A DNA stretch of 64,000 bases from Alphaproteobacteria bacterium. GTDB lineage: Bacteria; Pseudomonadota; Alphaproteobacteria; JAPOUT01; G958296285. Location: the NCBI GenBank assembly GCA_965209065.1, contig OZ242373.1, positions 556,744 to 620,743 on the forward strand, written 5' to 3'. The notes beneath the pieces are model-generated. The model ran no database searches and was not told the origin of the DNA. It worked only from the letters and a program-made list of their open reading frames with translations. Both the position numbers and the translations under genes were made by a program. Positions within the stretch are counted from its first letter, which is position 1; the number at the start of each line of letters is the position of its first letter. Below, piece after piece: positions 26,866 to 37,380 of the stretch.

Positions 26866-28314
26866 ATGGCAGGCATAGTTGCCTTTGGTGCTTACATTCC
26901 GCGCTTGCGTTTAGAGCGCGCGGCGGCGGTGAAACAGATGGCGTGGCTCGCGCCCAATCTTGCGGGCAAGGCGCGCGGCACTCGTAGTATGGCGAACTGG
27001 GACGAGGACGCGCTCACGATGGCGGTCGAGGCTTGTCGCGATGTGCTCGGCGAAGACGACAACCGCGATTATGTCGATGCCCTTTATCTCGCGAGCACGA
27101 CCCTGCCTTTCGCCGATAGGCAAAACGCTACGCTTGTCGCCGAGGCTTTAACCTTAAAAGAGAATTTGATAGCGATGGATATTGCCAACTCTCAGCGCGC
27201 GGGTAGCTCTGCCTTGATTGAGGGTTTGTGTCGCGCTGGCTCGCACAAGCAGAAGGTTCTGGTGGTGGCGAGCGACAAGCGCAAAACGCGCGCGGCGAGT
27301 CCTCAAGAGCTAGACTTTGGCGATGGCGCCGCCGCGCTTTTACTCGGTGCAGATGATGGTGTCGCGAAGTTTTTAGGCAGCCATACGCTGAACCGCGACT
27401 TTGTCGATCACTTTCGCGGCGAGGGCGAGGAGTTCGATTACAACTGGGAGGAGCGTTGGATTCGCGATGAGGGTTTGGCAAAGTTAGTTCCTGCGGCGGT
27501 GAAGGGCGTTTTAGAAAAAACCAACACGGCGGCGGCGGACATCAAGCATTTCGTTTTCCCGACAACGATAAGCAGTGCCTATCGTTCGATTACCGGAGCG
27601 TGTGGTTTAAGTGCTGAAAGCTTGGTGAGTCCTCTGCGCGATGAGATGGGCGAGGCTGGCACCGCGCATGCCTTATTGATGTTGGCGCATACATTAGAGA
27701 AGGCTCAAGCGGGCGAGAAGATATTACTGGTTCAATTTGGTTCGGGTTGTTCGGCTCTGTTGTTTGAGGCGACCGGTGCTGCGCCCAGTCATAAGGGTTC
27801 GGGTGTGAGCGGGCACTTGTCTGCGGGCGTGAGCGAGAGTAATTATATGAAGTTTTTAGTTTTCAACGGGCTTGTGGAGTGGGACAAGGGCATGCGCGCC
27901 GAGCAAGACAAGAAGACGGCACTAACGACTTTATACCGCAATCGCGGGATGATTTTGGGTTTGGTTGGGGGTCGTTGCACGAAGACGGGGACGATACAAT
28001 TTCCGATGTCGCGCATATCGGTTAATCCGCAAGAGCCTGCGGTGGATACTCAGGAGCCTTACAAGTTTGCCGAGCGCCGCGCGAATATATTGAGTTGGTC
28101 GGCTGATTATTTAAGTTTCGGCATATCGCCGCCCAATCACTACGGGATGATGGTGTTCGGCGAGGGCGGTCGCATTATGCTTGATATTACCGATGTGAGT
28201 GTGGGCGAAGTAGAAACGGGAATGGAGATGAGGATGGTCTTTCGTGTGAAGGACAAGGATTCTCAGCGAGGTTTCACGCGTTATTTTTGGAAAGCGGTCC
28301 CTGTCAGAAACTAG
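26866..28314 (+). CDS. HMG-CoA synthase / KAS III-like domain fused to a C-terminal DUF35 (Zn-ribbon/OB-fold) domain
   Basis: GIVAFGAYIPRLRL, DEDALTMAVEA, GDGAAA, then GGRCTKTGTIQFP...GMEMRMVFR...YFWKAVP. Confidence 0.82.
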   Translation: MAGIVAFGAYIPRLRLERAAAVKQMAWLAPNLAGKARGTRSMANWDEDALTMAVEACRDVLGEDDNRDYVDALYLASTTLPFADRQNATLVAEALTLKENLIAMDIANSQRAGSSALIEGLCRAGSHKQKVLVVASDKRKTRAASPQELDFGDGAAALLLGADDGVAKFLGSHTLNRDFVDHFRGEGEEFDYNWEERWIRDEGLAKLVPAAVKGVLEKTNTAAADIKHFVFPTTISSAYRSITGACGLSAESLVSPLRDEMGEAGTAHALLMLAHTLEKAQAGEKILLVQFGSGCSALLFEATGAAPSHKGSGVSGHLSAGVSESNYMKFLVFNGLVEWDKGMRAEQDKKTALTTLYRNRGMILGLVGGRCTKTGTIQFPMSRISVNPQEPAVDTQEPYKFAERRANILSWSADYLSFGISPPNHYGMMVFGEGGRIMLDITDVSVGEVETGMEMRMVFRVKDKDSQRGFTRYFWKAVPVRN

Positions 28315-28464
28315 GGGCTAACTCTCATAAAGGGTCTTAGCTAGACAAGAAGAAAAGTCTATAGAATCAATAAATTTTTGATAGAGTGTAAAGAATACAA
28401 CGAATCATAGCGGAGAGAAATAATGCCCAAGGTAGAAATATCATATTAGTGGTGTTTTTGTAAA

Positions 28465-29313
28465 ATGAACTCAAATTCATATATAGATTTTATAGAAAGG
28501 CTAAAATTATTCACTTCAAAGCATCCAGAGTTAATAACAATAACCTTAAGCAATATTTTTACAACTAGATTGATTGGTAATAAAACCCATGGTGATTTAG
28601 CAGAAATCGCAATAGCTGAATTTATTAATCAATATATTTACGATTTTAAGTCTATCCACGTGGGAAAAGATTTATACAGAGCTAAAAGTCAGGAAGAAGA
28701 CATAAAAATTATAAATGAAATAACAAAAGATGAATTTCCAGTTAGTTTGAAAGCCTACGGAGTTGGACCGCTTCAATTGTCCACAGATAAAAATTTTCAA
28801 ATGTTTCCTTTGTTAAAAAAATGTGGGCGCCGTATCAAAGAGAAAAAACAGATTAGAGAAATTTTTTCAAATCCAGTGTTTTCAAAATTTTCAGATATTA
28901 ATGTTTTGCCTTTAATTTATAATGAAAAAGAAAAGCGATGTAACATTCTTATTTTTAATTACGCAAAGGCAAAGAAAAATACGTCGAGAATAGAATATGA
29001 AGCAGAGGGAAGGGGCAGAAAACACCCTGTGTATAAATTTTATGATAAAGACGATGTCTACATTTGTGAGGTGCGTTATGGCGATGCCGCGGCAAATGCT
29101 CTTCAAAGAGGGTTCTGGACTCATACAAAAAAGGGGGCTAATTATTTTGACAGTGTTACGAATGGGTGGATAGATTATTCTCACAATGAAGTTTTAGTTC
29201 AGCTATTTTCCCATATTTTGGTATCATCAAAAGAAGGGCATCAAAAGGCACTTAAAAAAATAAAAGAAGATATATCACGCTTAAAAAATAATTTAGGAGT
29301 TCGGGGGCAATGA
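28465..29313 (+). CDS. Putative type II restriction endonuclease
   Basis: Low-GC ORF coupled (ATGA) to a DNA methyltransferase; GDLAE...EEDI...SLK resembles a PD-(D/E)xK variant (inference from context). Confidence 0.6.
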   Translation: MNSNSYIDFIERLKLFTSKHPELITITLSNIFTTRLIGNKTHGDLAEIAIAEFINQYIYDFKSIHVGKDLYRAKSQEEDIKIINEITKDEFPVSLKAYGVGPLQLSTDKNFQMFPLLKKCGRRIKEKKQIREIFSNPVFSKFSDINVLPLIYNEKEKRCNILIFNYAKAKKNTSRIEYEAEGRGRKHPVYKFYDKDDVYICEVRYGDAAANALQRGFWTHTKKGANYFDSVTNGWIDYSHNEVLVQLFSHILVSSKEGHQKALKKIKEDISRLKNNLGVRGQ

Positions 29314-30443
29314 TCAAACAACAAATGCTTTTCAAAACAGAATGTGATTTTGATTTAAATACACAGAGCATAAAATATACTGGCTCAAAAATGAAAATGC
29401 TAAAGTGGATTCTAAATTTGGCGCATACGGTTGATATTAAATTAGTATTAGATGGTTTCTCGGGAACTACACGTGTTTCTCAAGCATTCGCAAGAAATGG
29501 TCTGCAGGTTATCAGTAATGATATTGCTATATGGTCAAAAATTTTTGCTCAATGTTACTTAATGAATAAAAAACCGCGCAATCATTATAAGAAGTTAATA
29601 GATCATTTGAATACTCTTCCCTCTCAAGAGGGGTGGTTTTCTGAATACTATGGAGGGTTTGCAAGCAGTGATAATAATGGGTCAAGTAATAGCTGTAAAA
29701 AACCTTGGCAATATCACAATACAAAAAAATTAGATGCTATTCGTGAAGAAATTGACAATTTAAATCTTGATGATATTGACAAAGCTGTTGCCTTAACAAG
29801 TTTAATTTTGGCTTTGGATAAGGTAGATAATACTTTAGGACATTATGTTTCTTATCTTAAGAATTGGTCTCCACGCTCTTATCAGACGATGCATTTAGAA
29901 GTGCCTAACTTAATTCCAAATGAGCAGGAGCACAAAGTTTTGAGTGATGATATATTCAACATCGTTAACCAATCATGTGTTGATTTAGCATACTTTGATC
30001 CTCCTTATGGTTCCAATAATGAGAAAATGCCACCTTCAAGAGTGCGCTATTCTGCCTATTATCATATTTGGAAAACTATTTGCTTAAATGATAAACCAGA
30101 GTTGTTTGGCAAAGCTAATAGAAGAAAAGATAGTTCTGATGTCGTTTCCCCCTCTGTATTTGAATCATTTAAAAAATCTTCTTCAGGGAAATTTATTGCC
30201 CTTGAAGCAATTGAAAAACTTATCAAAGAGACACAAGCTAATTTCATTCTTTTGTCTTATAGTTCTGGCGGAAGGGCAACAGCAGGAGAACTAAGGGATA
30301 TTCTAAATCATAACGGAAAAATAAAAAAATATATGGAAGTAGACTATAAAAAAAATGTCATGGCAGATATGAAATGGACAAATAATTGGGTGAGCAATTT
30401 GCAAGCACCGCATAAGGAATTTCTTTTTTTACTAGAAAAATAA
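29310..30443 (+). CDS. DNA adenine methyltransferase (Dam/D12, alpha class)
   Basis: KYTGSK, VLDGFSGT (motif I), ND (motif II), YFDPPY (motif IV), ILLSYS, C-terminal EFLF. Confidence 0.9.
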   Translation: MIKQQMLFKTECDFDLNTQSIKYTGSKMKMLKWILNLAHTVDIKLVLDGFSGTTRVSQAFARNGLQVISNDIAIWSKIFAQCYLMNKKPRNHYKKLIDHLNTLPSQEGWFSEYYGGFASSDNNGSSNSCKKPWQYHNTKKLDAIREEIDNLNLDDIDKAVALTSLILALDKVDNTLGHYVSYLKNWSPRSYQTMHLEVPNLIPNEQEHKVLSDDIFNIVNQSCVDLAYFDPPYGSNNEKMPPSRVRYSAYYHIWKTICLNDKPELFGKANRRKDSSDVVSPSVFESFKKSSSGKFIALEAIEKLIKETQANFILLSYSSGGRATAGELRDILNHNGKIKKYMEVDYKKNVMADMKWTNNWVSNLQAPHKEFLFLLEK

Positions 30444-30508
30444 GAGTGGGTGAGGTAAATCTAGGCATTTTTTTGGCTGGCATCGCATATAATTCCCCAT
30501 AAAGAGGC

Positions 30509-30537
30509 TTGACTTTATTGTCAAAAATCACTATTTT
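30509..30537 (+). promoter_or_regulatory. Sigma70 promoter of the str/S10 operon
   Basis: TTGACT-N17-TATTTT about 180 bp upstream of rpsL. Confidence 0.65.
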
Positions 30538-30546
30538 GAGGGGAAT

Positions 30547-30676
30547 CTCTTAAAGAGGTAGGCGGTGGGTCGAGCGCGCGAAAGCGCTGATGCTCAAACG
30601 CTATCTCCTTTAAGGGCAAACGATAAAACCGATTTAGCAGTCTAAAGCTCTTACCCTCGCATGACATTTGGGTAAG
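30547..30676 (+). promoter_or_regulatory. Structured 5' leader of rpsL (candidate cis-regulatory RNA)
   Basis: Long hairpin CTCTTAAAG/CTTTAAGGG, AGGTAG/CTATCT, TGGGT/GCTCA capped by a GAAA loop (30547-30616); second stem CTTACCC/GGGTAAG (30650-30676). Confidence 0.5.
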
Positions 30677-30716
30677 GTTTTGCCTGTTATCTTTTATGCT
30701 TATTTGAAGGATTAAG

Positions 30717-31088
30717 ATGCCAACGATAAATCAGTTGATAAGGAAGCCGCGGCGGCGTCCTATGAAGCGCAGCAAAATTCCTGCGCTCCAGCGTTGTCCT
30801 CAGCGGCGCGGAGTCTGCACGCGGGTTTATACCACGACACCGAAAAAGCCGAACTCGGCTTTGCGCAAGGTTGCGCGCGTGAGGCTCACCAACGGCTTCG
30901 AGGTTACAAGCTATATCCCCGGCGAGGGGCATAATTTACAAGAGCATTCGGTTGTGCTTATTCGCGGCGGTCGCGTGAAGGATTTGCCGGGCGTGCGTTA
31001 TCATACCATTCGCGGAACGCTCGACACGCAAGGGGTCAAAGATAGAAAGCAGCGCCGTTCGAAATATGGCGCGAAGCGTCCGAAATAG
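30717..31088 (+). CDS. rpsL: 30S ribosomal protein S12
   Basis: MPTINQL...[13 protein letters not shown]...[13 protein letters not shown]. Confidence 0.99.
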   Translation: MPTINQLIRKPRRRPMKRSKIPALQRCPQRRGVCTRVYTTTPKKPNSALRKVARVRLTNGFEVTSYIPGEGHNLQEHSVVLIRGGRVKDLPGVRYHTIRGTLDTQGVKDRKQRRSKYGAKRPK

Positions 31089-31097
31089 GTATTCATC

Positions 31098-31568
31098 ATG
31101 GCACGAAGACGCAGACCCCAGAAGCTACCCGTATTACCTGACGCTCAGTATGGCGACCCGGTGATTACAAAATTTATGAACTGCTTAATGCTGGACGGGC
31201 GCAAGTCGGTTGCCGAGCGTATCGTCTATGGTGCTTTCGACAAGATGAAAGATAAGAAGGGGGAAGCGCCCAACATTTTATTTCACCGGGTGTTAGAGAA
31301 TGTTCGTCCTTTAGCGGAGGTGCGTTCGCGCCGTGTTGGTGGTGCGACCTATCAGGTGCCGGTGGAGGTGCGACCTGAGCGCGCGCGTGCGCTGGCGATT
31401 AACTGGATTATTGCTGCCGCGCGCAATAGAAACGAAACCACGATGACCCAAAAGCTGGCGGGCGAACTGCTAGACGCGTTAGACAATCGTGGCAATGCAA
31501 TGAAGAAGCGTGAAGACACGCATAAGATGGCAGAGGCTAATCGTGCTTTTGCGCATTATCGTTGGTAG
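31098..31568 (+). CDS. rpsG: 30S ribosomal protein S7
   Basis: [30 protein letters not shown]. Confidence 0.99.
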   Translation: MARRRRPQKLPVLPDAQYGDPVITKFMNCLMLDGRKSVAERIVYGAFDKMKDKKGEAPNILFHRVLENVRPLAEVRSRRVGGATYQVPVEVRPERARALAINWIIAAARNRNETTMTQKLAGELLDALDNRGNAMKKREDTHKMAEANRAFAHYRW

Positions 31569-31577
31569 GGGGAGAGA

Positions 31578-33656
31578 GTGGCTCGGACGAAACAACTAGG
31601 TGATTACCGCAACATAGGCATTATGGCTCACATTGATGCGGGCAAGACGACAACGACCGAGCGTATTTTATATTACACCGGCATCACGCACAAGATTGGC
31701 GAGGTGCATGAGGGTGCCGCTACGATGGACTGGATGGAACAAGAGCAAGAGCGTGGCATCACTATCACGAGTGCTGCGACCACATGTTTTTGGAAAGACA
31801 AGCGCATCAACATTATTGACACACCCGGCCATGTAGATTTCACAATTGAGGTGGAGCGTTCTCTGCGTGTGCTAGATGGCGCGGTGGCGGTGTTTGACTC
31901 GGTCGCGGGTGTGGAGCCGCAATCGGAGACGGTCTGGCGTCAAGCGGATAGGTATAAGGTGCCGCGCATTTGTTTTGCCAATAAGATGGACAGAATGGGC
32001 GCGGATTTTTTTCGCACGGTTGATATGATTATTGAGCGTCTTGCGGCAAAGCCTCTTGTGTTGCAGTTGCCTATTGGCTCTGAGGATAGGTTTGAGGGCA
32101 TTGTTGATTTGGTTTTAATGAAAGAAATTGTTTGGAAAGACGAAACGCTCGGTGCGGAGTTTGTTATTCAAGATATTCGCGCTGACCTCAAGGGGCAAGC
32201 GGACGAGTGGCGTTCCAAGCTGGTGGAGACCGCGGTCGAGCAAAATGACGATGTTATGGAAGCCTACCTTGACGGCAAAGAGCCGACTGAGGAGCAGCTC
32301 AAGGCTTGTATCCGCAAGGGTGCGATAGCGCAGGATTTCACGCCGGTTTTGACCGGCTCGGCTTTTAAGAACAAGGGGGTTCAGCCTCTTTTAGATGCGG
32401 TGATAGATTACTTGCCCTCGCCGTTAGATGTGCCTGCGGTCGAAGGCATTGACCCCAAGGACGAGGAGACCGCGCTCTCGCGCAAGGCAGGTGATGATGA
32501 GCCGCTTTCTATTTTGGCTTTTAAGATAATGAACGACCCTTTTGTTGGCTCGCTTACTTTTGTGCGTATTTATTCGGGCAAGATGGAGACGGGTGTGACT
32601 CTCACCAACCCCATCAAAGACAGCAAAGAGCGTATTGGCAGAATGCTTTTGATGCATGCCAACTCGCGCGAGGATATTAAAGAGGCTTATGCTGGTGATA
32701 TTGTTGCACTCGCGGGCTTAAAGGACACGACAACTGGCGATACTCTTTGTGATATTGCTCATCCGATTATTCTAGAGCGAATGGATTTCCCCGACCCTGT
32801 TATGGAAGTTGCGGTCGAGCCGAAGACGCGCACCGACCAAGAGAAGCTAGGTTTAGCTTTGAAGCGGTTAGCGCAAGAAGACCCGTCCTTTCGTGTGTCG
32901 AGCGATACGGAATCGGGACAAACGGTTATCAAAGGCATGGGGGAATTGCATTTGGAAGTCATTGTCGATAGATTACAGCGCGAGTTCAAGGTTGATGCGA
33001 GTGTTGGACCGCCTCAAGTTGCTTACCGCGAGGCGATAACGCAAAAGGCGGAGATAGACTACACGCACAAAAAGCAAACGGGTGGTGCGGGACAATTCGC
33101 GCGGCTTAAAATCATCGTTGAGCCGTGCGAGCGCGGCGAAGGTTTTGTTTTTGACAATAAAATCACTGGTGGCGCTATTCCAAAAGAATATATTCCCGGT
33201 GTAGAGAAGGGCATTAACTCTGTGCGCGATATGGGTGTGCTTGCCGGTTTCCCGATGACCGACTTTAAGGTTTCACTGGTCGATGGTGCTTATCACGATG
33301 TTGATTCAAGTGTGATGGCGTTTGAGCTTGCCGCGCGCTCTGCCTTCAAAGAGGTTGCGCCGAAGGCGGGCTTGAAACTGCTAGAGCCTATTATGAAAGT
33401 GGAGGTGGTAACGCCTGAGGATTATATGGGCGATGTCATTGGTGATTTGAATTCAAGGCGCGGGCAGGTGAATGAAACCACTGCGCGTAGCAACCTTCAA
33501 GTTATCACGGCACTCGTGCCGCTTTCTTCTATGTTTGGTTATGTGAATACCTTGCGCTCTATGTCGCAAGGCAGGGCGCAATACACAATGCACTTCGACC
33601 ACTACGCCCCAACCCCTAACAATATCTCGCAAGAAATTTTAGCAAAGAGCGCATAA
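31578..33656 (+). CDS. fusA: Elongation factor G
   Basis: [33 protein letters not shown]. Confidence 0.99.
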   Translation: MARTKQLGDYRNIGIMAHIDAGKTTTTERILYYTGITHKIGEVHEGAATMDWMEQEQERGITITSAATTCFWKDKRINIIDTPGHVDFTIEVERSLRVLDGAVAVFDSVAGVEPQSETVWRQADRYKVPRICFANKMDRMGADFFRTVDMIIERLAAKPLVLQLPIGSEDRFEGIVDLVLMKEIVWKDETLGAEFVIQDIRADLKGQADEWRSKLVETAVEQNDDVMEAYLDGKEPTEEQLKACIRKGAIAQDFTPVLTGSAFKNKGVQPLLDAVIDYLPSPLDVPAVEGIDPKDEETALSRKAGDDEPLSILAFKIMNDPFVGSLTFVRIYSGKMETGVTLTNPIKDSKERIGRMLLMHANSREDIKEAYAGDIVALAGLKDTTTGDTLCDIAHPIILERMDFPDPVMEVAVEPKTRTDQEKLGLALKRLAQEDPSFRVSSDTESGQTVIKGMGELHLEVIVDRLQREFKVDASVGPPQVAYREAITQKAEIDYTHKKQTGGAGQFARLKIIVEPCERGEGFVFDNKITGGAIPKEYIPGVEKGINSVRDMGVLAGFPMTDFKVSLVDGAYHDVDSSVMAFELAARSAFKEVAPKAGLKLLEPIMKVEVVTPEDYMGDVIGDLNSRRGQVNETTARSNLQVITALVPLSSMFGYVNTLRSMSQGRAQYTMHFDHYAPTPNNISQEILAKSA

Positions 33657-33973
33657 TGGCACAGATACAAACACAAAATATAAGAATTACCTTAAAGGCT
33701 TTTGACTATAAAATTTTAGACAAGTCAGGTGAAGAGATTGTCCATACGGCAGAGCGCACCGGTTGTCGTGTGGTTGGACCTGTGCCTATTCCTACGGGCT
33801 TCGAAAAATATACCGTGTTGCGCGGACCTAATATAGATAAGAAAAGTCGCGAGCAGTTTGAAATTCGCACACACAAACGCATTATAGACATCATCGACCC
33901 AACACCCCAAACCATTGACGCCTTAGGCAAGCTAGATTTAGCCGCTGGGGTTGAAGTCAAAATAAAATTATAG
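33656..33973 (+). CDS. rpsJ: 30S ribosomal protein S10
   Basis: [30 protein letters not shown]; TAATG overlap with fusA. Confidence 0.98.
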   Translation: MAQIQTQNIRITLKAFDYKILDKSGEEIVHTAERTGCRVVGPVPIPTGFEKYTVLRGPNIDKKSREQFEIRTHKRIIDIIDPTPQTIDALGKLDLAAGVEVKIKL

Positions 33974-33982
33974 GAAAGAACA

Positions 33983-34759
33983 ATGAGAACAGGAATGCTA
34001 TTAAGAAAAATCGGTATGACTCATCTTTACGCGAAAGATGGTCGCCACCAGTCGGTGACGGTTCTCAAAAATGAGGGCTGCCTTGTGCTTGGACATAAGC
34101 AAGAGGATAGAGATGGCTACACGGCTGTGTGCATTGGTGCGGGTGTGGCGAAGGTCAAAAGCCTCGCCAAGCCGCAGCGGGTTTTCTATGAAAAGCTCAC
34201 GCAAACGCCCAGCCGCAGGATAGCCGAGTTCCGTGTGGATGGAGACTTGCCCGAACAAGGCAAATCCCTCTCGACCGAGCATTTTGTCAAAGGGCAGTAT
34301 GTTGATGCCTCTGCTTTTTCTATTGGCAAGGGGTTCGCGGGCGCGATGAAGCGTCATAATTTTTCTGGTTTAAGAGCCACGCATGGGGTTTCGATAAGCC
34401 ATCGCTCGCATGGTTCTACCGGTCAGTGTCAGGACCCGGGCAAGGTGTTCAAGGGCAAAAAGATGGCGGGACATATGGGTGCGAAAAGAATCACGACACA
34501 AAATTTAGAAGTGGTGGAAGTTGATAGCGAGCTTGAGCTTATTTTTATCAAGGGCGCGGTGCCGGGTGCTAAGGGTGGCTGGGTTGAATTAAAAGATGCG
34601 GTTAAACGCGCTCTGCCTAAAGATGCACCTCAGCCTGCTGGTTTTATTGGCGAAGGACCTAAGAAAGAAGTGGAGAAAGAAGTGGAGAAAGAAGTTGAAG
34701 CAGCTGATGTTAAAGAAGAAGTAGCGCAAGAGGCGGAACAAAAAGAGGAAAAGAAATGA
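33983..34759 (+). CDS. rplC: 50S ribosomal protein L3 (acidic C-terminal tail)
   Basis: [46 protein letters not shown]. Confidence 0.98.
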   Translation: MRTGMLLRKIGMTHLYAKDGRHQSVTVLKNEGCLVLGHKQEDRDGYTAVCIGAGVAKVKSLAKPQRVFYEKLTQTPSRRIAEFRVDGDLPEQGKSLSTEHFVKGQYVDASAFSIGKGFAGAMKRHNFSGLRATHGVSISHRSHGSTGQCQDPGKVFKGKKMAGHMGAKRITTQNLEVVEVDSELELIFIKGAVPGAKGGWVELKDAVKRALPKDAPQPAGFIGEGPKKEVEKEVEKEVEAADVKEEVAQEAEQKEEKK

Positions 34760-35373
34760 AAGTAAAGGTTCAAGCATTAGATTCCAGTGATAAGGGAGAA
34801 ATAGAGTTGAGTGATTCCATTTTTGGTGTGAAGCCGCGCAAAGATATTTTACAGCGTATGGTTGTTAGCCAGTTAGCCACGCGGCGCTCTGGCACACATA
34901 AGAGCAAATCGCGCGGAGAGATTGTCGGTTCAACAAAAAAGATTATGCGACAAAAGGGTTCGGGTGGTGCGCGTCATGGCACGCGCAAAGTGAATATTTT
35001 TAGAGGCGGTGGCACGGCGCATGGTCCTCGTCCGCGTGATTATGCCTTTAGTTTGCCAAAGAAGGTGCGTGCGTTAGCTTTGCGCTCGGCGCTTTCCGAC
35101 CGCGCTTTAGGTAATAACCTGCTGGTTTTAGAAAAGGCGGAAAGCCTTGACGGCAAAACGAAAACCTTAAACGCACAATTAAAGAAGTTAAATTTGGCGA
35201 ACGCGCTTATTGTTGATGGTTCATTTCAGAAAGAGTTTGCCTTGAGCGCACGCAATATCCCTAACATTCATTTACTGCCGAGCGAAGGCTTAAATGTTTA
35301 TGATATTATTCGTTACGACACGCTGGTTTTAACGCAAGCGGCGGTCGCAAAAATTGAGGAGCGGCTAAAATGA
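34756..35373 (+). CDS. rplD: 50S ribosomal protein L4
   Basis: [31 protein letters not shown]. Confidence 0.98.
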   Translation: MKVKVQALDSSDKGEIELSDSIFGVKPRKDILQRMVVSQLATRRSGTHKSKSRGEIVGSTKKIMRQKGSGGARHGTRKVNIFRGGGTAHGPRPRDYAFSLPKKVRALALRSALSDRALGNNLLVLEKAESLDGKTKTLNAQLKKLNLANALIVDGSFQKEFALSARNIPNIHLLPSEGLNVYDIIRYDTLVLTQAAVAKIEERLK

Positions 35374-35774
35374 ACGCTCTGCTAAAAAAGAAACCTGCCG
35401 CCAAAAAAGCTACCACTAAAAAGGTTGAAGCTAAAAAGAAACCTGCGAAGGCAACTAGCACGGCGCCTAAAACGCGTGTGGAGCGGGCTTATAATGTTTT
35501 GACAAGACCGATTGTCAATGAAAAAACTACCTTACTAAGCGAGCAAGGCAAGCTCGTTTTCCTCGTTGCGCCCGATGCCAGCAAAACCGAAATTAAAAAA
35601 GCAACCGAGAGTTTGTTCGGCACGAAAGTCAAGTCGGTCAATACGATTGTCCAGCAAGGCAAGGTGAAGCGTTTTCGCGGTATTTTCGGCAAGCGCAAGG
35701 ATTATAAAAAAGCAATTATCACTTTAGAAAAAGGTGAAAACATCGAGCTCTTAACCGGGGCGAAGGGGAATTAA
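35370..35774 (+). CDS. rplW: 50S ribosomal protein L23 with Lys/Ala-rich N-terminal extension
   Basis: RPIVNEKT...KVKSVNT...YKKAIITL core after about 35 extra residues. Confidence 0.96.
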   Translation: MNALLKKKPAAKKATTKKVEAKKKPAKATSTAPKTRVERAYNVLTRPIVNEKTTLLSEQGKLVFLVAPDASKTEIKKATESLFGTKVKSVNTIVQQGKVKRFRGIFGKRKDYKKAIITLEKGENIELLTGAKGN

Positions 35775-36613
35775 TGGGGCTCAAGACACATAAGCCTTCA
35801 TCGCCCGCGCGGCGCGGTTTTGTTTCGGTGGATCGCTCGGAGCTGTGGAAGGGCGCGCCGGTAAAAAGCCTCACTGAGGGGCTTTCGCGCACGGCGGGCA
35901 GGAACAACAAGGGGCGCATTACGGCGCGTCATCGCGGTGGCGGTCATAAGCGTGCCTATCGCAAGGTAGATTTCAAGCGGCGCACTTTTGATGTGCCCTC
36001 TAAAGTGGAGCGCATAGAATACGACCCGAACCGCTCGGCTTTTATCGCTTTAATCAAGTATGAGACGGGGGAGCTTTCTTACATTCTCGCGCCGCAGCGT
36101 CTGCGCGAGGGCGATGAGGTTATCTCCAGCACGAAGGCTGACATCAAGCCGGGCAACGCGCTTCCGTTGGAGAACATTCCGATAGGCACGATTATTCATA
36201 ATATAGAGATGAAGCAAGGCAAGGGTGGGCAGCTCGCGCGCTCGGCGGGAGCTTACGCGCAGCTGATTGGCAGAGATGGCGATTACGCGATTATCCGCCT
36301 CAAGTCCAGCGAGCAGCGGCTCATTCACATGAGATGTATGGCGAGCATCGGCGCGGTTTCCAATCCCGACCACGGCAACCAGAAACTTGCGAAGGCAGGT
36401 CGTGTGCGTTGGCGTGGGTTTCGTCCTAAGGTGCGCGGCGTGGCGATGAACCCGGTCGACCATCCGCACGGCGGCGGCGAGGGAAAAACTTCGGGCGGTC
36501 GTCATCCGGTAACGCCTTGGGGTAAATCCACTAAGGGCAAGCGCACACGTTCTAATAAATCAACCAGCAAATATATTTTGCGCACGCGCCACGAGCGCCG
36601 TAAGAGGAGATAG
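35774..36613 (+). CDS. rplB: 50S ribosomal protein L2
   Basis: [34 protein letters not shown]. Confidence 0.99.
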   Translation: MGLKTHKPSSPARRGFVSVDRSELWKGAPVKSLTEGLSRTAGRNNKGRITARHRGGGHKRAYRKVDFKRRTFDVPSKVERIEYDPNRSAFIALIKYETGELSYILAPQRLREGDEVISSTKADIKPGNALPLENIPIGTIIHNIEMKQGKGGQLARSAGAYAQLIGRDGDYAIIRLKSSEQRLIHMRCMASIGAVSNPDHGNQKLAKAGRVRWRGFRPKVRGVAMNPVDHPHGGGEGKTSGGRHPVTPWGKSTKGKRTRSNKSTSKYILRTRHERRKRR

Positions 36614-36616
36614 TCG

Positions 36617-36889
36617 ATGCCCCGTGCTGTTTGGAAAGGTCCGTTTGTTGATGCCTATCTGCTAAAGAAAGCGGAGGCGGCGCATAACTCTGGGCGCAAG
36701 GACGCGATAAAAATATGGAGCAGACGCTCTACTATTTTGCCGCAGTTTGTTGGTTTAACTTTTGGTGTGCATAATGGTCGCAAGCATGTGCCTGTTATGG
36801 TAACGGAAGAGATGATAGGTCATAAGTTTGGCGAGTTCGCGCCGACCCGCACCTATCACGGACACATGGCAGATAAGAAAGGAAAATAA
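36617..36889 (+). CDS. rpsS: 30S ribosomal protein S19
   Basis: [26 protein letters not shown]. Confidence 0.99.
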   Translation: MPRAVWKGPFVDAYLLKKAEAAHNSGRKDAIKIWSRRSTILPQFVGLTFGVHNGRKHVPVMVTEEMIGHKFGEFAPTRTYHGHMADKKGK

Positions 36890-37380
36890 TGGCGCAGAAA
36901 GAAAAAAAAGGAGCAGAGGCTCCCGCTAAGGACCCCGTAAAGGCGCAAGCAAAGGATTCGGCAAAAGCTCCCGCTAAAGCTCGAGTAAAGGCGACTGAGA
37001 AAGTTCAAGCGAAAGCACCAAAAAAGGTTTTGGAAAAAGTTTCGGTAAAGGCGACAGGTCGGTCATTCAAGACGAGCCCTTATAAGCTAAACCAGATTGC
37101 TAAAATGATTAGAGGCAAGAAGGTTGATATTGCTTTGAACGACTTACAATTCGCGCCGCAAAAAATGGCACGCGCGGTTTATAAAGTTCTCAATAGCGCA
37201 ATTTCTAACGCAGAGAACAATCACGGGCTAGATATAGATGCGCTGGTTGTGTCGGAAGCATGGACGGGTAAAAACTTGGTAATGAAGCGGTGGCGTCCGC
37301 GCGCGCGCGGCAGAACAGGCAGAATCCTCAAGCCCTTTAGCCAAATCACAATTATCGTAGAAGAAGCGAGGGACGCATAA
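36889..37380 (+). CDS. rplV: 50S ribosomal protein L22 with Ala/Lys/Pro-rich N-terminal extension
   Basis: SPYKLN...[19 protein letters not shown] core after about 50 extra residues. Confidence 0.97.
   Translation: MAQKEKKGAEAPAKDPVKAQAKDSAKAPAKARVKATEKVQAKAPKKVLEKVSVKATGRSFKTSPYKLNQIAKMIRGKKVDIALNDLQFAPQKMARAVYKVLNSAISNAENNHGLDIDALVVSEAWTGKNLVMKRWRPRARGRTGRILKPFSQITIIVEEARDA

Noticed and set aside
28413-28449. RBS-like sequence plus short ORF MPKVEISY* as a remnant of a deleted thiolase gene
   Set aside because: Too short to support homology.
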